Assembly (NCBI GenBank): GCA_027887005.1
Contig: JAPCJI010000008.1
Coordinates: forward strand, 2,162-66,161
Direction: 5' to 3'
Length of the DNA stretch: 64,000 nucleotides
From: Nitrososphaerota archaeon
Lineage (GTDB): Archaea > Thermoproteota > Nitrososphaeria > Nitrososphaerales > Gagatemarchaeaceae
Shown here: piece by piece, positions 55,674 to 64,000 of the stretch
How the letters are laid out: the number at the start of each line of letters is the position of its first letter
How positions within the stretch are numbered: position 1 is the stretch's first letter
Notes under the pieces: model-generated
Told to the model about the DNA's origin: nothing
Databases searched by the model: none
Seen by the model: the letters and a program-made list of their open reading frames with translations, nothing else
Translations under genes and position numbers: made by a program

Positions 55674-57510
55674 CGCGAGAGAGAAGATAGTCGGGATCGA
55701 CCTGGGGACGACGAACTCCGCCGCGGCAGTTATCGAGGGTGGGAGGCCGGTCGTGATACCCAGCGCCGAGGGCGCGACTCCTTCAGGGAAGATGTTCCCT
55801 TCGGTGGTCGCGTTCACACAGGACGGGCAGCTCCTCGTCGGCGAGCCGGCGAAGCGCCAGGTGGTCACCAACCCAGAGGGGACGGTGTTCGAGATCAAGC
55901 GGAAGATGGGGACGGACTACAAGGTCAGAGCCTTCGGGAAGGAGTACTCCCCTGAGCAGGTTAGCTCGTACATCCTCCAGAAGATCAAGCACGACGCGGA
56001 CATCTTTCTCGGTTACCCCGTGAAGAAGGCGGTCATCACCGTGCCCGCTCACTTCAACGACAACCAGCGCCAGGCGACGAAGGATGCAGGGGAGATCGCC
56101 GGGCTGGAGGTGGTGAGGATCATCAACGAGCCGACAGCGGCCTCGCTGGCCTACGGGCTGGACAAGTCCGAGAAGGAGATGAAGATACTCGTCTTCAGCT
56201 TCGGGGGAGGCACCCACGACGCCACGATCATGGAGTTCGGGGGCGGGGTCTTCCAGGTTATCGCCACCTCGGGGGACACCCAGACGGGAGGGGCCGACGT
56301 CGACAACGCGGTGATCGAGGTGCTCCTTCAGGACTTCCGGTCGAAGACGGGGATAGACCTCAGGAACGACAGGACGGCCATGGCCCGGCTGAAGGAGGCG
56401 GCTGAGAAGGCGAAGATAGAGCTATCGAACCTCACTTCCACGGACGTCGACCTGCCCTTCATCGCCTCGGACCAGTCGGGGCCGAAGAACCTGCACTTCA
56501 CACTCACCAGGACAAGGCTTGAGGAGGTCGCGAGGCCCATCGTCAGCAAGACCGAGGACACAATCAGGAGGGTGATGAATGAGGGGAAGCTCTCCCAGAC
56601 CCAGATAGACAAGGTCATACTGATCGGAGGGATGACGAGGATGCCGCTGGTCAGGAAATTCGTGGAGGACGTAGCGGGCAAGCCTGCCGAGAGGGGAGTC
56701 GACCCCATGGAGGCGGTGGCGATAGGGGCGGCCATCCAGGGAGCCGTCCTCGCTGGAGAGATCAAGGACATACTCCTGCTTGACGTCACGCCCCTTTCGA
56801 TGGGGGTGGAGACCCTGGGGGGCATCACCGAGCATCTTATCGAGAAGAACGCGACCATCCCGACGAAGAGGAGCAAGACCTTCACTACGGCGGCGGACTT
56901 CCAGACTGCGGTCACCATTCATGTCGTCCAGGGGGAGAGGTCGATGGCGGCTGACAACGTATCGCTGGGGATGTTCAACCTGACGGGCATCCCTCCTTCT
57001 CCGAGGGGAGTCCCCCAAATCGAAGTGACGTTCGATATCGACGCCAACGGAATACTCACCGTGGGGGCCAAGGACCTAGGGACGGGCAAGGAGAACAAGA
57101 TCACCATCACGGCATCCACAAAACTCTCCAAGGAGGAGAAGGAGAGACTCGTCAGGGACGCGGAGTCGTACTCCGAGCAGGACAAGAAGAAGAGAGAGGA
57201 AGCCGAGCTGAGGAACGAGGCTGACTCCATCCTCTACACCACCGAGAAGACGAAGCGTGACGTGGAGGGAAAGGTCGACAAGGCGAGCCTGGATAGGGTG
57301 GACGCCGCCGCCCAGGAGCTGAGGAAGGCCCTGGAGGGGAAGGACGTGGCAGTCATCAGGGAGAAGAACGAGGCGCTCAAGAGGGTTCTGCAGGAAGTGG
57401 GGGCCTCGGTCTATCAGCAGGCGCAGAAGCAGGCTGCTCCTGAGGGAGGAGCTCCAGGAGGCCCTAACGTGAGCGACGCGGACTACAAGGTAGTGGACGA
57501 AGGGAAGTAG
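55666..57510 (+). CDS. dnaK: Hsp70 chaperone DnaK
   Basis: [60 protein letters not shown] start at 55666. Confidence 0.96.
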   Translation: MSSAREKIVGIDLGTTNSAAAVIEGGRPVVIPSAEGATPSGKMFPSVVAFTQDGQLLVGEPAKRQVVTNPEGTVFEIKRKMGTDYKVRAFGKEYSPEQVSSYILQKIKHDADIFLGYPVKKAVITVPAHFNDNQRQATKDAGEIAGLEVVRIINEPTAASLAYGLDKSEKEMKILVFSFGGGTHDATIMEFGGGVFQVIATSGDTQTGGADVDNAVIEVLLQDFRSKTGIDLRNDRTAMARLKEAAEKAKIELSNLTSTDVDLPFIASDQSGPKNLHFTLTRTRLEEVARPIVSKTEDTIRRVMNEGKLSQTQIDKVILIGGMTRMPLVRKFVEDVAGKPAERGVDPMEAVAIGAAIQGAVLAGEIKDILLLDVTPLSMGVETLGGITEHLIEKNATIPTKRSKTFTTAADFQTAVTIHVVQGERSMAADNVSLGMFNLTGIPPSPRGVPQIEVTFDIDANGILTVGAKDLGTGKENKITITASTKLSKEEKERLVRDAESYSEQDKKKREEAELRNEADSILYTTEKTKRDVEGKVDKASLDRVDAAAQELRKALEGKDVAVIREKNEALKRVLQEVGASVYQQAQKQAAPEGGAPGGPNVSDADYKVVDEGK

Positions 57511-57522
57511 GGGCTAGGCTGG

Positions 57523-58596
57523 ATGGCGGCAAAGGACTACTACGAGGTACTCGGCGTCACGAAGGGTGCCCCCAAGGACCAGATCAAGAACGCCTACAGA
57601 AAGCTGGCCCTGCAGTTCCATCCTGACAGGAACAAGTCGCCGGAGGCGGAGGCTCGTTTCAAGGAGATATCCGAGGCCTACGCCGTACTGTCGGACGACG
57701 AGAAGAGGAAGCAGTACGACTCTTACGGACGGGAGGGGGTCTATCAGAGGTACAGCCAGGAGGACATATTCAGGGGGGTGAACTTCGGGGAGTTCTTCCG
57801 GGGCGCAGGGTTCGGTGGCTTCGACGACATCTTCGCCCAGTTCTTCGGGGGAGGACAGGACCAAAGGGTGAGCGGGGGCGAGGACCTGACCTACCACCTG
57901 CAGGTCGGCCTGGAGGAGCTGGTGGAAGATTCCACCCGGGAGATCGAGGTGCCCAGGAGCGAGGTCTGCTCCAACTGCAACGGCAGCGGGGCCAGGCCGG
58001 GGACCTCTCCCCAGACCTGCAACGTCTGCGGTGGGACGGGCCAGGTCCAGAAGGTACAGTCGGCTGGTTTCGCGAGGCTGGTGAGGATAACGGCCTGCAG
58101 CAGGTGCGGAGGACGGGGGTACATCGTCGAGTCTCCCTGCAAGGAGTGCAGAGGGAAGGGGACGGTCCAGAAGACAAGGAAAATACGGGTGATGATTCCG
58201 GCCGGAGTAGAGGACGGGCATACGCTACGACTTCGGGGTGAGGGCAGCGCCGGGGAGAACGGAGTGCCTCCGGGGGACCTTTACGTCGTCGTGAACGTGG
58301 CGCCCCACAGGCTCTTCGCGCGGCGCGAGGGCGACGTCTTCATGGAGACAAAGGTCGGGATCGCAGAGGCGGCCCTGGGGACCGAGGTAGTGGTGCCGAC
58401 GTTGTACGGAGACGTGAAGTTGAGCGTCCCTCAGGGGACCCAGCCCGGGGCGGTCTTCAAGGTAAAGGGCAAGGGACTGCCGAAGTATGGCGGCTGGGGG
58501 AAGGGGGACGAGTACGTCAAGGTCGGAGTCGAGGTGCCGAGGAACCTAAGCGGCGCCCAGAAGGATCTCCTGAAGAAGTTCAGCGAAGCGAACTAG
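57523..58596 (+). CDS. dnaJ: Chaperone DnaJ
   Basis: HPD motif, G/F region, four CxxCxGxG repeats. Confidence 0.96.
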   Translation: MAAKDYYEVLGVTKGAPKDQIKNAYRKLALQFHPDRNKSPEAEARFKEISEAYAVLSDDEKRKQYDSYGREGVYQRYSQEDIFRGVNFGEFFRGAGFGGFDDIFAQFFGGGQDQRVSGGEDLTYHLQVGLEELVEDSTREIEVPRSEVCSNCNGSGARPGTSPQTCNVCGGTGQVQKVQSAGFARLVRITACSRCGGRGYIVESPCKECRGKGTVQKTRKIRVMIPAGVEDGHTLRLRGEGSAGENGVPPGDLYVVVNVAPHRLFARREGDVFMETKVGIAEAALGTEVVVPTLYGDVKLSVPQGTQPGAVFKVKGKGLPKYGGWGKGDEYVKVGVEVPRNLSGAQKDLLKKFSEAN

Positions 58597-58904
58597 CCGG
58601 CGAACTTGTAGATCATGAGGAAAGGAACCTCCTCGATCTCGCGGATCGCTTCGGGAGCGCCGACTTCGTTGTCCACGGCCAGGGACACGGACCTGGCGCC
58701 GGCAAGGTTCACGATGGAGCAGGTCCTTATCAGCCTGAGCGCCTCTCCCCTGTCGACCACCTCGCCCGAGTAGAACTCCTTCGACAGGTGGACCTCCAGC
58801 TTTCCCTCCTTGACCTTCCTCCCGACCAGCTCTTCGTCGCAGATGTTGACCAGGACCGTGCCCCTGAACTCTGCGGTCTTGACCGCAAAACCTCGGCCGG
58901 GCAT
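58593..58904 (-). CDS. DUF424 family protein
   Basis: [11 protein letters not shown]...FYSGE...IVNLAG...VPFLMIYK. Confidence 0.85.
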   Translation of the reverse strand: MPGRGFAVKTAEFRGTVLVNICDEELVGRKVKEGKLEVHLSKEFYSGEVVDRGEALRLIRTCSIVNLAGARSVSLAVDNEVGAPEAIREIEEVPFLMIYKFAG

Positions 58905-58905
58905 G

Positions 58906-59322
58906 CTATGCAACCTTTGCTACCGAACGGGCTCCGCAGGCCTCGCAGACCATGAACCACATCCTCTTGTCCTTCTCGAGGTGGGTGTCGGGGCTCCCGC
59001 ATACGGGGCATATCACCCCGTCCTTCACGTACCTCTGGAGCAGCTGGGAGAAAGAGTCCCTGTCCTTCCGGCCTATGAATATCGCACGCTCGCCGTCGAG
59101 GGAGGCGGCGGTAGCCAGCTCCTTGGCGAGGTACATCAGCACCCTGGGGGAGTCCCGCCTGAGCAGCTTCGGGAACTCGGCGTAGTTGCGGAATATCGTC
59201 TTGTTTCCGACCCAGATGACGTCCGGTTCAGGGAGCTCGAGACGGAGGGCGCCCGATTTCTTGGCGTCCTTGTCGAGGCCCGACCTTGCCCTTGAAAGCA
59301 GCTCGTCGTAGGAATGAGGCAT
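58906..59322 (-). CDS. Translation initiation factor aIF-2 beta
   Basis: YDELLSRA, GNKTIFRN, KELATA, CPVCGSPDT, CEACGA. Confidence 0.93.
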   Translation of the reverse strand: MPHSYDELLSRARSGLDKDAKKSGALRLELPEPDVIWVGNKTIFRNYAEFPKLLRRDSPRVLMYLAKELATAASLDGERAIFIGRKDRDSFSQLLQRYVKDGVICPVCGSPDTHLEKDKRMWFMVCEACGARSVAKVA

Positions 59323-59419
59323 CGGGCGATTCCTCCCTCTTGGGTATTTCAACTCTTCTCGGATAGGAGGGGGCTACGTCCGCTCAAAAGATTAAATCGC
59401 AAAGGGCCAAGGGCGACCC

Positions 59420-60226
59420 GTGAAGCCGAGGGCGGAAATCGGCGTCTTTGGCGGCTCAGGTTTCTACAGCTTCCTCAAGAACTCGAGAGAGGTCACGGTC
59501 AGCACTCCCTATGGGAGGCCCAGCGGCAGAGTCAACCTCTTGACGTTGGAGGGGAGGGAAGTTGCGTTCCTTCCGAGGCACGGTGTACGCCACCAGTATC
59601 CACCCCACAAGGTGCCCTACCGGGCGAACGTGCGGGCCTTCAAGCAGCTGGGCGTGTCGCGCATAGTCGCGCCGAACGCGGTGGGGAGCCTGAAGCCTGA
59701 GATCGAGCCTGGGGATCTTGTGATCTGCGACCAGTTCGTGAACTTCACGGCCGGGAGGGAGGAGACGTTCTTCGACGGGCCCGAGACGACCCATGTGAGC
59801 ACGGCCGAGCCATACTGCCCCCAGATGAGGCAGGTCGCAGCGGATGCGGCGAAACGGCTGGGGATGAGGGTCAGGGGGACCGGCACTGTGGTTGTCATCC
59901 AGGGTCCGAGGTTCTCCACCAAGGCCGAGAGCAGGTTCTTCAGGAGCCAGGGGTGGGACGTCATCAACATGACCCAGTACCCGGAGGTGGTGCTGGCCAG
60001 AGAGCAGGAGATCTGCTACCTCAACATCTCGCTGGCCACCGACTATGACTCTGGGCTGGAGGGCGACCCCAGGGTGAAGCCGGTCTCCCACGAAGGGGTG
60101 ATCAAGGTGTTCAACAGGAACATGGGGCGGCTTCGTGAGCTCATCGTAGAGATTGTGAAGGAGCTGCCACGGAAGCGCAGCTGCGAGTGCGGTTCGGCGC
60201 TGGAGCACGCGAGGTTGAGCGCCTGA
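59420..60226 (+). CDS. mtnP: S-methyl-5'-thioadenosine phosphorylase
   Basis: GGSG, PRHG..H..PPH, NAVGSL, QGPRFSTKAES, NMT, TDYD. Confidence 0.9.
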   Translation: MKPRAEIGVFGGSGFYSFLKNSREVTVSTPYGRPSGRVNLLTLEGREVAFLPRHGVRHQYPPHKVPYRANVRAFKQLGVSRIVAPNAVGSLKPEIEPGDLVICDQFVNFTAGREETFFDGPETTHVSTAEPYCPQMRQVAADAAKRLGMRVRGTGTVVVIQGPRFSTKAESRFFRSQGWDVINMTQYPEVVLAREQEICYLNISLATDYDSGLEGDPRVKPVSHEGVIKVFNRNMGRLRELIVEIVKELPRKRSCECGSALEHARLSA

Positions 60227-60762
60227 TGGACAGGCTCGAGAAGGACATCAAGAAGGCGATCAGGACTGTCCCTGACTACCCGAAGAAGGGAATCCCGTTC
60301 AAAGACCTCACGACCCTGTGGAAGGACGGGAAGCTGTCTCGCAGGGTGACCAGGGAGCTTGAAGCGAGGTGGAAGGGGAAGAAGCTGGACAAGGTGGTCG
60401 GGATCGAGGCAAGGGGGTTCATAGTCGGAGCTCCGCTCGCGGACAGGCTGGGGGTCGGGTTCGTCCCTGCGAGGAAAGTGGGAAAGCTGCCGGCAAAGAA
60501 GCTGAGCCAGAACTATGAGCTCGAGTACGGCAGACAGGGGTTGGAGATCCACGCGGATTCGATTTCGATGGGGGAGGGGGTGGTCTTGGTGGACGACCTG
60601 CTCGCGACGGGGGGGACTTCGAGGGCCGCAGGGAGCCTGGTGGAGAAGCTGGGGGGGGAGGTCGTGGGTTTCGCTTTCGTCACGGAGCTTGCCTATCTGA
60701 AAGGAAGGGACAAGCTCGCCGGGTACAAGGTTGATTCGCTGGCAAAGTATGACTCGGAATAG
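60226..60762 (+). CDS. apt: Adenine phosphoribosyltransferase
   Basis: PDYPKKGIPFKDLT, GIEARGF, RKVGKLP, LEYG, VDDLLATGGT. Confidence 0.94.
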   Translation: MDRLEKDIKKAIRTVPDYPKKGIPFKDLTTLWKDGKLSRRVTRELEARWKGKKLDKVVGIEARGFIVGAPLADRLGVGFVPARKVGKLPAKKLSQNYELEYGRQGLEIHADSISMGEGVVLVDDLLATGGTSRAAGSLVEKLGGEVVGFAFVTELAYLKGRDKLAGYKVDSLAKYDSE

Positions 60763-61486
60763 CAGGTTCGGAGTAATCACCGGCACCGGCGTCACGGAGC
60801 ATTTCGGAGTCTCGGTGCCGGAGAAAGTGGAGACAAAGTACGGTTCTGCCCAGGTCTACCGGTCGGGGGAAGGGGGGTACTACTTCCTTCCGCGCCACGG
60901 GCCTGGGCATACGGTCCCTCCGCACATGATAAACTACCGGGCCAACCTGGCAGCCCTGGAGAAGCTCGGGGTGAGGAAGGTGATCGCGACGAGCGCTGTG
61001 GGGTCGATGAAACCCGGCTTCGGGGTGGGAAGGATCGGGCTCGTGGACCAGTTCCTTGACTTCACGAAACGAAGGAACGAGACGTTCTTCTCCGAGGAGG
61101 TGACACACACCGACATGACCAATCCGTACAGTTCGGGGCTGAACCGGGCCCTCGGTCGGGCGGGGGACGACTTCGGAGTGAGGCTCAGCAGGGGGCTGGT
61201 GTACGTCTGCGCCGAGGGGCCGAGGTTCGAGACAGCGGCCGAGATCAGGATGTACAGGAAGCTCGGGGGGGACGTGGTGGGCATGACGGGGGTCCCGGAG
61301 GTGGTGCTCGCCAACGAGAAGGACATGGAATATGCGTCGGTGGTCATCGCGACGAATTGGGCAGCCGGGATACAGAAGAAAGTGAGCCATGAGGAAGTCG
61401 TGAAGGTGATGAAGAAGACGGGGATGGTGGTCAAGGAGCTCATAGACGCAACGATAAAGCGCCTCGAATCAGGGGGTTCGGACTGA
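60749..61486 (+). CDS. MTAP-family purine nucleoside phosphorylase, probably 6-oxopurine/methylthioinosine-specific
   Basis: PRHG..H..PPH, EGPRFETAAE, GMTG.PE; TNWA in place of TDYD. Confidence 0.85.
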   Translation: MTRNSRFGVITGTGVTEHFGVSVPEKVETKYGSAQVYRSGEGGYYFLPRHGPGHTVPPHMINYRANLAALEKLGVRKVIATSAVGSMKPGFGVGRIGLVDQFLDFTKRRNETFFSEEVTHTDMTNPYSSGLNRALGRAGDDFGVRLSRGLVYVCAEGPRFETAAEIRMYRKLGGDVVGMTGVPEVVLANEKDMEYASVVIATNWAAGIQKKVSHEEVVKVMKKTGMVVKELIDATIKRLESGGSD

Positions 61487-61487
61487 C

Positions 61488-62720
61488 ATGACAAAGGTGG
61501 CGGACCAGGGGCTGAGCACGGTAGGGGAGGAGAACTTTCTGTGGGCCAAGGCCCACATGGGGGCCCTCACCACGCTTGCTTCGAAGTACTCTCGGAAACG
61601 CCCCCTGGAGGGGGTGAAGCTGGGGGTGTGCCTCCACGTGACCAAGGAGACGTCGGTGCTGATAGACGTGCTGCTGCAGGCCGGAGCAGAGGTCAAGCTG
61701 GCGGCGGCGAATCCTCTGTCGACTCAGGACGACATCGCGGCATACCTTTCGACCAGGACGGACGTCTGGGCCTGGAGGGGGGAGACCGTCAGGGAGTACG
61801 ACTGGGCGCTCAAACAAGTCCTGGCCGCAGGCCCCGAGCAGTTAATCGACGACGGAGCCGACCTGCACGTGGCGGCATTGGGGTCGCGCCCCAAGGGGAT
61901 CGTGGGAGGGTCGGAGGAGACGACGACGGGGGTGATGAGGCTCAGGGCGCTGGAGGCGCAGGGGAAGCTCGCCTATCCTGTCATAGCGGTCAACAACGCC
62001 CAGACCAAGTTCCTGTTCGACAACAGGTACGGCACCGGGCAGAGCACCCTGGACGGCATAATGCGGGCGACTGCGCTGCTCCTCGCGGGGATGAGCGTGG
62101 TCGTCGTGGGCTACGGCTGGGTGGGCAAGGGGGTCGCCATGAGGGCGAAGGGCATGGGCGCCAGGGTGACCGTGGTGGAGATTGATCCAATAAGGGCGAT
62201 TGAAGCGCACCTGGACGGCTTCGAGGTCTCGGACATCACCAAAGCTGCGGCAGGGGGCGAGCTCTTCATCACAGCTACCGGCCAGAAGAACGTAGTTCCC
62301 TACGAGGCCATAGCAAAGATGAAGGAGGGCGTGATTCTCGCCAATGCAGGGCACTTCGACGTGGAGATAGACGTGAAGACCCTCCTTTCGAAGAGCACCA
62401 GTGTGAAGGCAGTCAGGACCCATGTGGATGAGGTGACGCTCCCAGGCGGGAAGAAGGTGTACCTGGTGGGGAAGGGAAGGATAGCGAACCTGGTGGCGGC
62501 CGAGGGGCACCCGCCGGAGGTCATGCAGATGTCCTTCGCCAACCAGTTCATGGCGGCCTTGCACCTACACGACAACCATTCGCAGTTGGAGAAGAAGGTC
62601 TACGGAGTCTCGCCAGAGGCCGAGGACGAGATCGCGAGGGCTGCGCTGAAGTCCATGGGGGTCTCGATAGGGACGCAGACGGAGGAGCAGAAAGAATATG
62701 CGAAGAGCTGGGAGCTCTAG
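61488..62720 (+). CDS. ahcY: Adenosylhomocysteinase
   Basis: CLHVTKET, NPLSTQD, DDGAD, EETTTG, FDNRYGTGQS, GYGWVGKG, GHFDVEI, EGHP. Confidence 0.96.
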   Translation: MTKVADQGLSTVGEENFLWAKAHMGALTTLASKYSRKRPLEGVKLGVCLHVTKETSVLIDVLLQAGAEVKLAAANPLSTQDDIAAYLSTRTDVWAWRGETVREYDWALKQVLAAGPEQLIDDGADLHVAALGSRPKGIVGGSEETTTGVMRLRALEAQGKLAYPVIAVNNAQTKFLFDNRYGTGQSTLDGIMRATALLLAGMSVVVVGYGWVGKGVAMRAKGMGARVTVVEIDPIRAIEAHLDGFEVSDITKAAAGGELFITATGQKNVVPYEAIAKMKEGVILANAGHFDVEIDVKTLLSKSTSVKAVRTHVDEVTLPGGKKVYLVGKGRIANLVAAEGHPPEVMQMSFANQFMAALHLHDNHSQLEKKVYGVSPEAEDEIARAALKSMGVSIGTQTEEQKEYAKSWEL

Positions 62721-62762
62721 AGCTCGGAAAGGTTAAAACCGCGCGGTCGGCCGTTTCACTCG

Positions 62763-64000
62763 GTGGATGAGCTCAGCCAGAACAGGGTCATAATCACAGC
62801 CGCGCTGCCCTACGCCTACGACGACCTCCACCTCGGACATGTTGCGAGCACTCATCTCCCTCCGGACATCCTCTACAGGTACCTCAAGCTGAGGGGGGTC
62901 GAGGTCTCCCAGGTCTGCGCGTCGGACGACTACGGGACCCCGATCCTCATCGCCGCGGAGAAGAAGGGAAAGCAACCCAGCGAGTACTCCGGCGAGTGGA
63001 ACAAGAGGTTCAGGGACGACCTTGAGAAGCTCGGGATAGTCTATGACGTCTTCGACAGGACGAGCTCGCCTGAGAACGTTCAGCTAGTCCAGAGGTTCTT
63101 CACGAAACTCAATGAAAACGGGTTCATCTTCGTGTCCGAGGTCGACCAGTTCTACTGCGAATACGACAAGAAATTCCTTCCTGACAGGTATGTGAAAGGC
63201 AAGTGCCCCTATTGCGGGGCTGAAGACCAGTATTCGGACGCCTGCGAGAACTGCGGAAGGACGCTCCAGCCTGGCCAAGTCTTGAACCCCCACTGCTCCA
63301 TCTGCGGGAGGGCCCCGGTGATGAGGAAGAGCAGCCACTACTTCTTCAAGCTCTCCGCCTTCTCCAAGAGACTCGAGGAGTGGCTGAACGGGAACAGGGA
63401 CCTGCAGCCAGATGCGAGGAACTACGTGCTAAACTGGATAAAGGACGGGCTCCAGGACTGGGACATCACCAGGGACATCTCCTGGGGGGTCCCGATACCG
63501 CTCAAGGAGGCGGAGGGAAAGGTGCTCTATGGCTGGTTCGACAACCATCTTTGTTACATCACCGCCGCGTTGAAGGCGGCGGGGAAGGAAGGTGAAGAAG
63601 GCAGAGAGTACTGGAACGGGGCCAGGGTCTACCACTTCATAGGCAAGGATATCGTCTATCACCACTACCTGTTCCTCCCGAGCATGAGGATGGGAGAGGG
63701 GGAGTACAAACTCCCGGACCTCATCCCCACACGAGGACACCTGCTTCTCTCCGGAAAGAAGATCTCCAGGAGCAAGCACTGGATGATCACGGTCAGGGAC
63801 TTCGTGGAGCGGTTCCCGCCAGACTATCTGAGGTTCTACCTGACGAGGATCGTGCCCTACAGCCAGTCAGACGCGAACTTCGACCTGCAGGAGTTCGGGG
63901 ACAAGATAAACAACGAGTTGGTTGCGAGCATAGGCAACTTCGTCTACAGGTCGTTGGTCTTCGTCAAGAACCGCCACGGGGGAGTAATCCCAGCCCCCGG
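62763..64000 (+). CDS. metG: Methionyl-tRNA synthetase (truncated by the window end)
   Basis: Manual translation from GTG at 62763: ITAALPYAYDDLHLGH, DDYGTP, FLPDRYV.GKCPYC, CENC, DWDITRD..WGVP, IGKDI, KISRS. Confidence 0.93.
   Translation, partial: MDELSQNRVIITAALPYAYDDLHLGHVASTHLPPDILYRYLKLRGVEVSQVCASDDYGTPILIAAEKKGKQPSEYSGEWNKRFRDDLEKLGIVYDVFDRTSSPENVQLVQRFFTKLNENGFIFVSEVDQFYCEYDKKFLPDRYVKGKCPYCGAEDQYSDACENCGRTLQPGQVLNPHCSICGRAPVMRKSSHYFFKLSAFSKRLEEWLNGNRDLQPDARNYVLNWIKDGLQDWDITRDISWGVPIPLKEAEGKVLYGWFDNHLCYITAALKAAGKEGEEGREYWNGARVYHFIGKDIVYHHYLFLPSMRMGEGEYKLPDLIPTRGHLLLSGKKISRSKHWMITVRDFVERFPPDYLRFYLTRIVPYSQSDANFDLQEFGDKINNELVASIGNFVYRSLVFVKNRHGGVIPAP

Noticed and set aside
1..64000. CRISPR array, integrase, transposase or rRNA
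   Set aside because: No regularly spaced 25-45-nt repeats, no recognisable recombinase or transposase motifs, and no rRNA-like sequence were seen.

Overview
Archaeal DNA with a GC-rich core. It carries topoisomerase VI, A-type ATPase subunits, aIF-1/aIF-2beta, intron-containing tRNAs, TATA-like promoters and many TTG/GTG starts. Gene content and order fit a heterotrophic, non-ammonia-oxidising Nitrososphaerota/TACK lineage (inference). The core holds peptide/proline catabolism genes, PolX, a split-alpha transhydrogenase, a PEPCK-like protein, atpK/C/I, a 2M-type complex I (nuoHIJK-M-L-M-N), top6AB, rio1, grpE-dnaK-dnaJ and a SAM/purine salvage cluster running into metG. All four tRNAs carry BHB-type introns, three of them at the non-canonical D-loop position 15/16. 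The most striking unexplained structure lies beyond the 3' end of tRNA-Glu (about 17.0-28.55 kb). There, accessory genes sit in roughly 2-kb modules separated by degenerate, same-orientation copies of the tRNA-Glu 3' end, mixed with fragments resembling other tRNA 3' ends, and no integrase is present. A similar scar cluster follows tRNA-Asn. This suggests a tRNA-anchored gene-cassette array mobilised in trans. One module encodes an apparently circularly permuted CcdA, and another a CP-ATP-grasp/transglutaminase/alpha-E system. All product calls come from motif recognition by eye; no database searches were run.
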